A stretch of DNA of 64,000 nucleotides from Carpediemonas membranifera BICM (Eukaryota > Protista > Fornicata), in contig JAHDYR010000012.1 in NCBI GenBank assembly GCA_019828565.1, forward strand, positions 992,001-1,056,000, in the 5' to 3' direction. The notes below the pieces were generated by a model. That model was not told the origin of the DNA, did not search any database, and saw nothing but the letters and a program-made list of their open reading frames with translations. Of the stretch, positions 63,156 through 64,000 are shown in pieces; position 1 is the first letter of the stretch; every line of letters starts with the position of its first letter. Both the position numbers and the translations under genes were made by a program.

Positions 63156-64000
63156 TTACATGACAACGGCGTCGAGCAGGCCCCGCAGCTGCCGCATGGA
63201 CCGCGCCAGCTCGAGCTCGATGCGGACCCTGGTCGCCAGGGTCTCGAGGGCCTCGTCGACGGCGGCCGTCTCCCCTGCGCCGGGACCGTGGATGTCGACG
63301 ATCGTCTCTGCAACGACCAGCAGCGTCTCGGCAAACGCCGCCGTCGCCAGCCGCCTGGAGACGAACTGAACCACGGCGACGAGCAGCGCCTCGTTGAAGT
63401 GCCTCACCGCCGACGCCAGTGTGTTCCTCTGGATCAGCTCGCCGAAGACGGCGACAATCTCCTCGGGCTTGCCGCGGGTCATGGCGACGTCGACGGCGCG
63501 TCTGAAGTCAAATGCCTTCAACATGGAGTCGAATGCCTTGAGCTTCTCCCGGCGCACATGCTCCACCGTCACGGCGTTCGTGGCGGCCGAGCCGAGAGAG
63601 CGTTCCCAATACTTCTTCGACCCTGCCCGCGGGCCTGTCTTGCGGCTGACGGGCATGAAGAACATGCTCTCCTTCTCCGTGCGGGCGGGCATTTGAGGCT
63701 CATCCCCCGCTCTATGGTAGAAGTGGACGGCCGACGCAGTGCCCACCGCGACGCGGCGCATGTCCGGTGAGACGTCCACGCCCGTGACGGGGGAGCCAAC
63801 GCTGATGGAGCGGACCGTTTCAAAGGACGCCGTATCGATGACCTTGGCGAAACCGTCGAGTCCGCCAGACACAACAAAGCTGTCGCGGTGGCTGAGGCAC
63901 ATCACCTGGCGCGAATGGACGTCCACGGAGGCCACAGGCGTGCTGCTGTCGAGTGTGAAGAAGTGCACCGTGCGGCCCGAGGCCACGGCGAAGAGGGACT
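63156..64000 (-). CDS. UTP15: U3 snoRNA-associated WD40 protein UTP15 (5' part beyond window)
   Basis: WD40 repeat (H..QVMCL..SGGLDGFAKV) followed by UTP15 C-domain KLKAFDSMLKAFDF..A.D...ELIQR..L. Confidence 0.85.
   Translation of the reverse strand, partial: SLFAVASGRTVHFFTLDSSTPVASVDVHSRQVMCLSHRDSFVVSGGLDGFAKVIDTASFETVRSISVGSPVTGVDVSPDMRRVAVGTASAVHFYHRAGDEPQMPARTEKESMFFMPVSRKTGPRAGSKKYWERSLGSAATNAVTVEHVRREKLKAFDSMLKAFDFRRAVDVAMTRGKPEEIVAVFGELIQRNTLASAVRHFNEALLVAVVQFVSRRLATAAFAETLLVVAETIVDIHGPGAGETAAVDEALETLATRVRIELELARSMRQLRGLLDAVVM

Noticed and set aside
134-63877. Many long antisense or alternate-frame ORFs overlapping real genes (e.g. 53262-54929, 24709-26304, 15153-16613, 60008-61486)
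   Set aside because: Expected shadows of high GC3 coding sequence; no recognisable motifs.

Overview
Gene-dense, GC-rich, almost intron-free DNA from a flagellated protist. It has 28-31 nt introns with the branch point fused to the 3' splice site, GTAAA motifs at or after stop codons, and ciliary genes (CC2D2A, CFAP157). This fits a free-living fornicate metamonad such as Carpediemonas, but that assignment is inference only. There are about 32 protein genes, including ALDH16-like, eIF5, SF3B2, Sec14-like, ArsM, TAF2, a 2150-aa unknown protein, CC2D2A, ZnT, beta-COP, ThrRS, GID8, TRAPPC6, Rab6, ERCC6, PLA2G15/LCAT, pecanex, M1 aminopeptidase, MtnN, a GRIP golgin, MPP10 and UTP15. The window also has an AsnRS fragment and a tRNA-like gene with an anomalous anticodon arm. 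The main signal is two diverged, decayed Fanzor1 (eukaryotic TnpB-like RNA-guided nuclease) elements at about 40.4-42.0 kb and 49.3-51.6 kb. Neither has a recognisable transposase or terminal inverted repeats. Each is bracketed by its own 22-32 bp direct repeat. The downstream copy sits directly after RNA-like hairpins, where the omega-RNA guide is expected. Each repeat also occurs as a stand-alone copy upstream of an unrelated host gene (32.7 kb and 45.0 kb).
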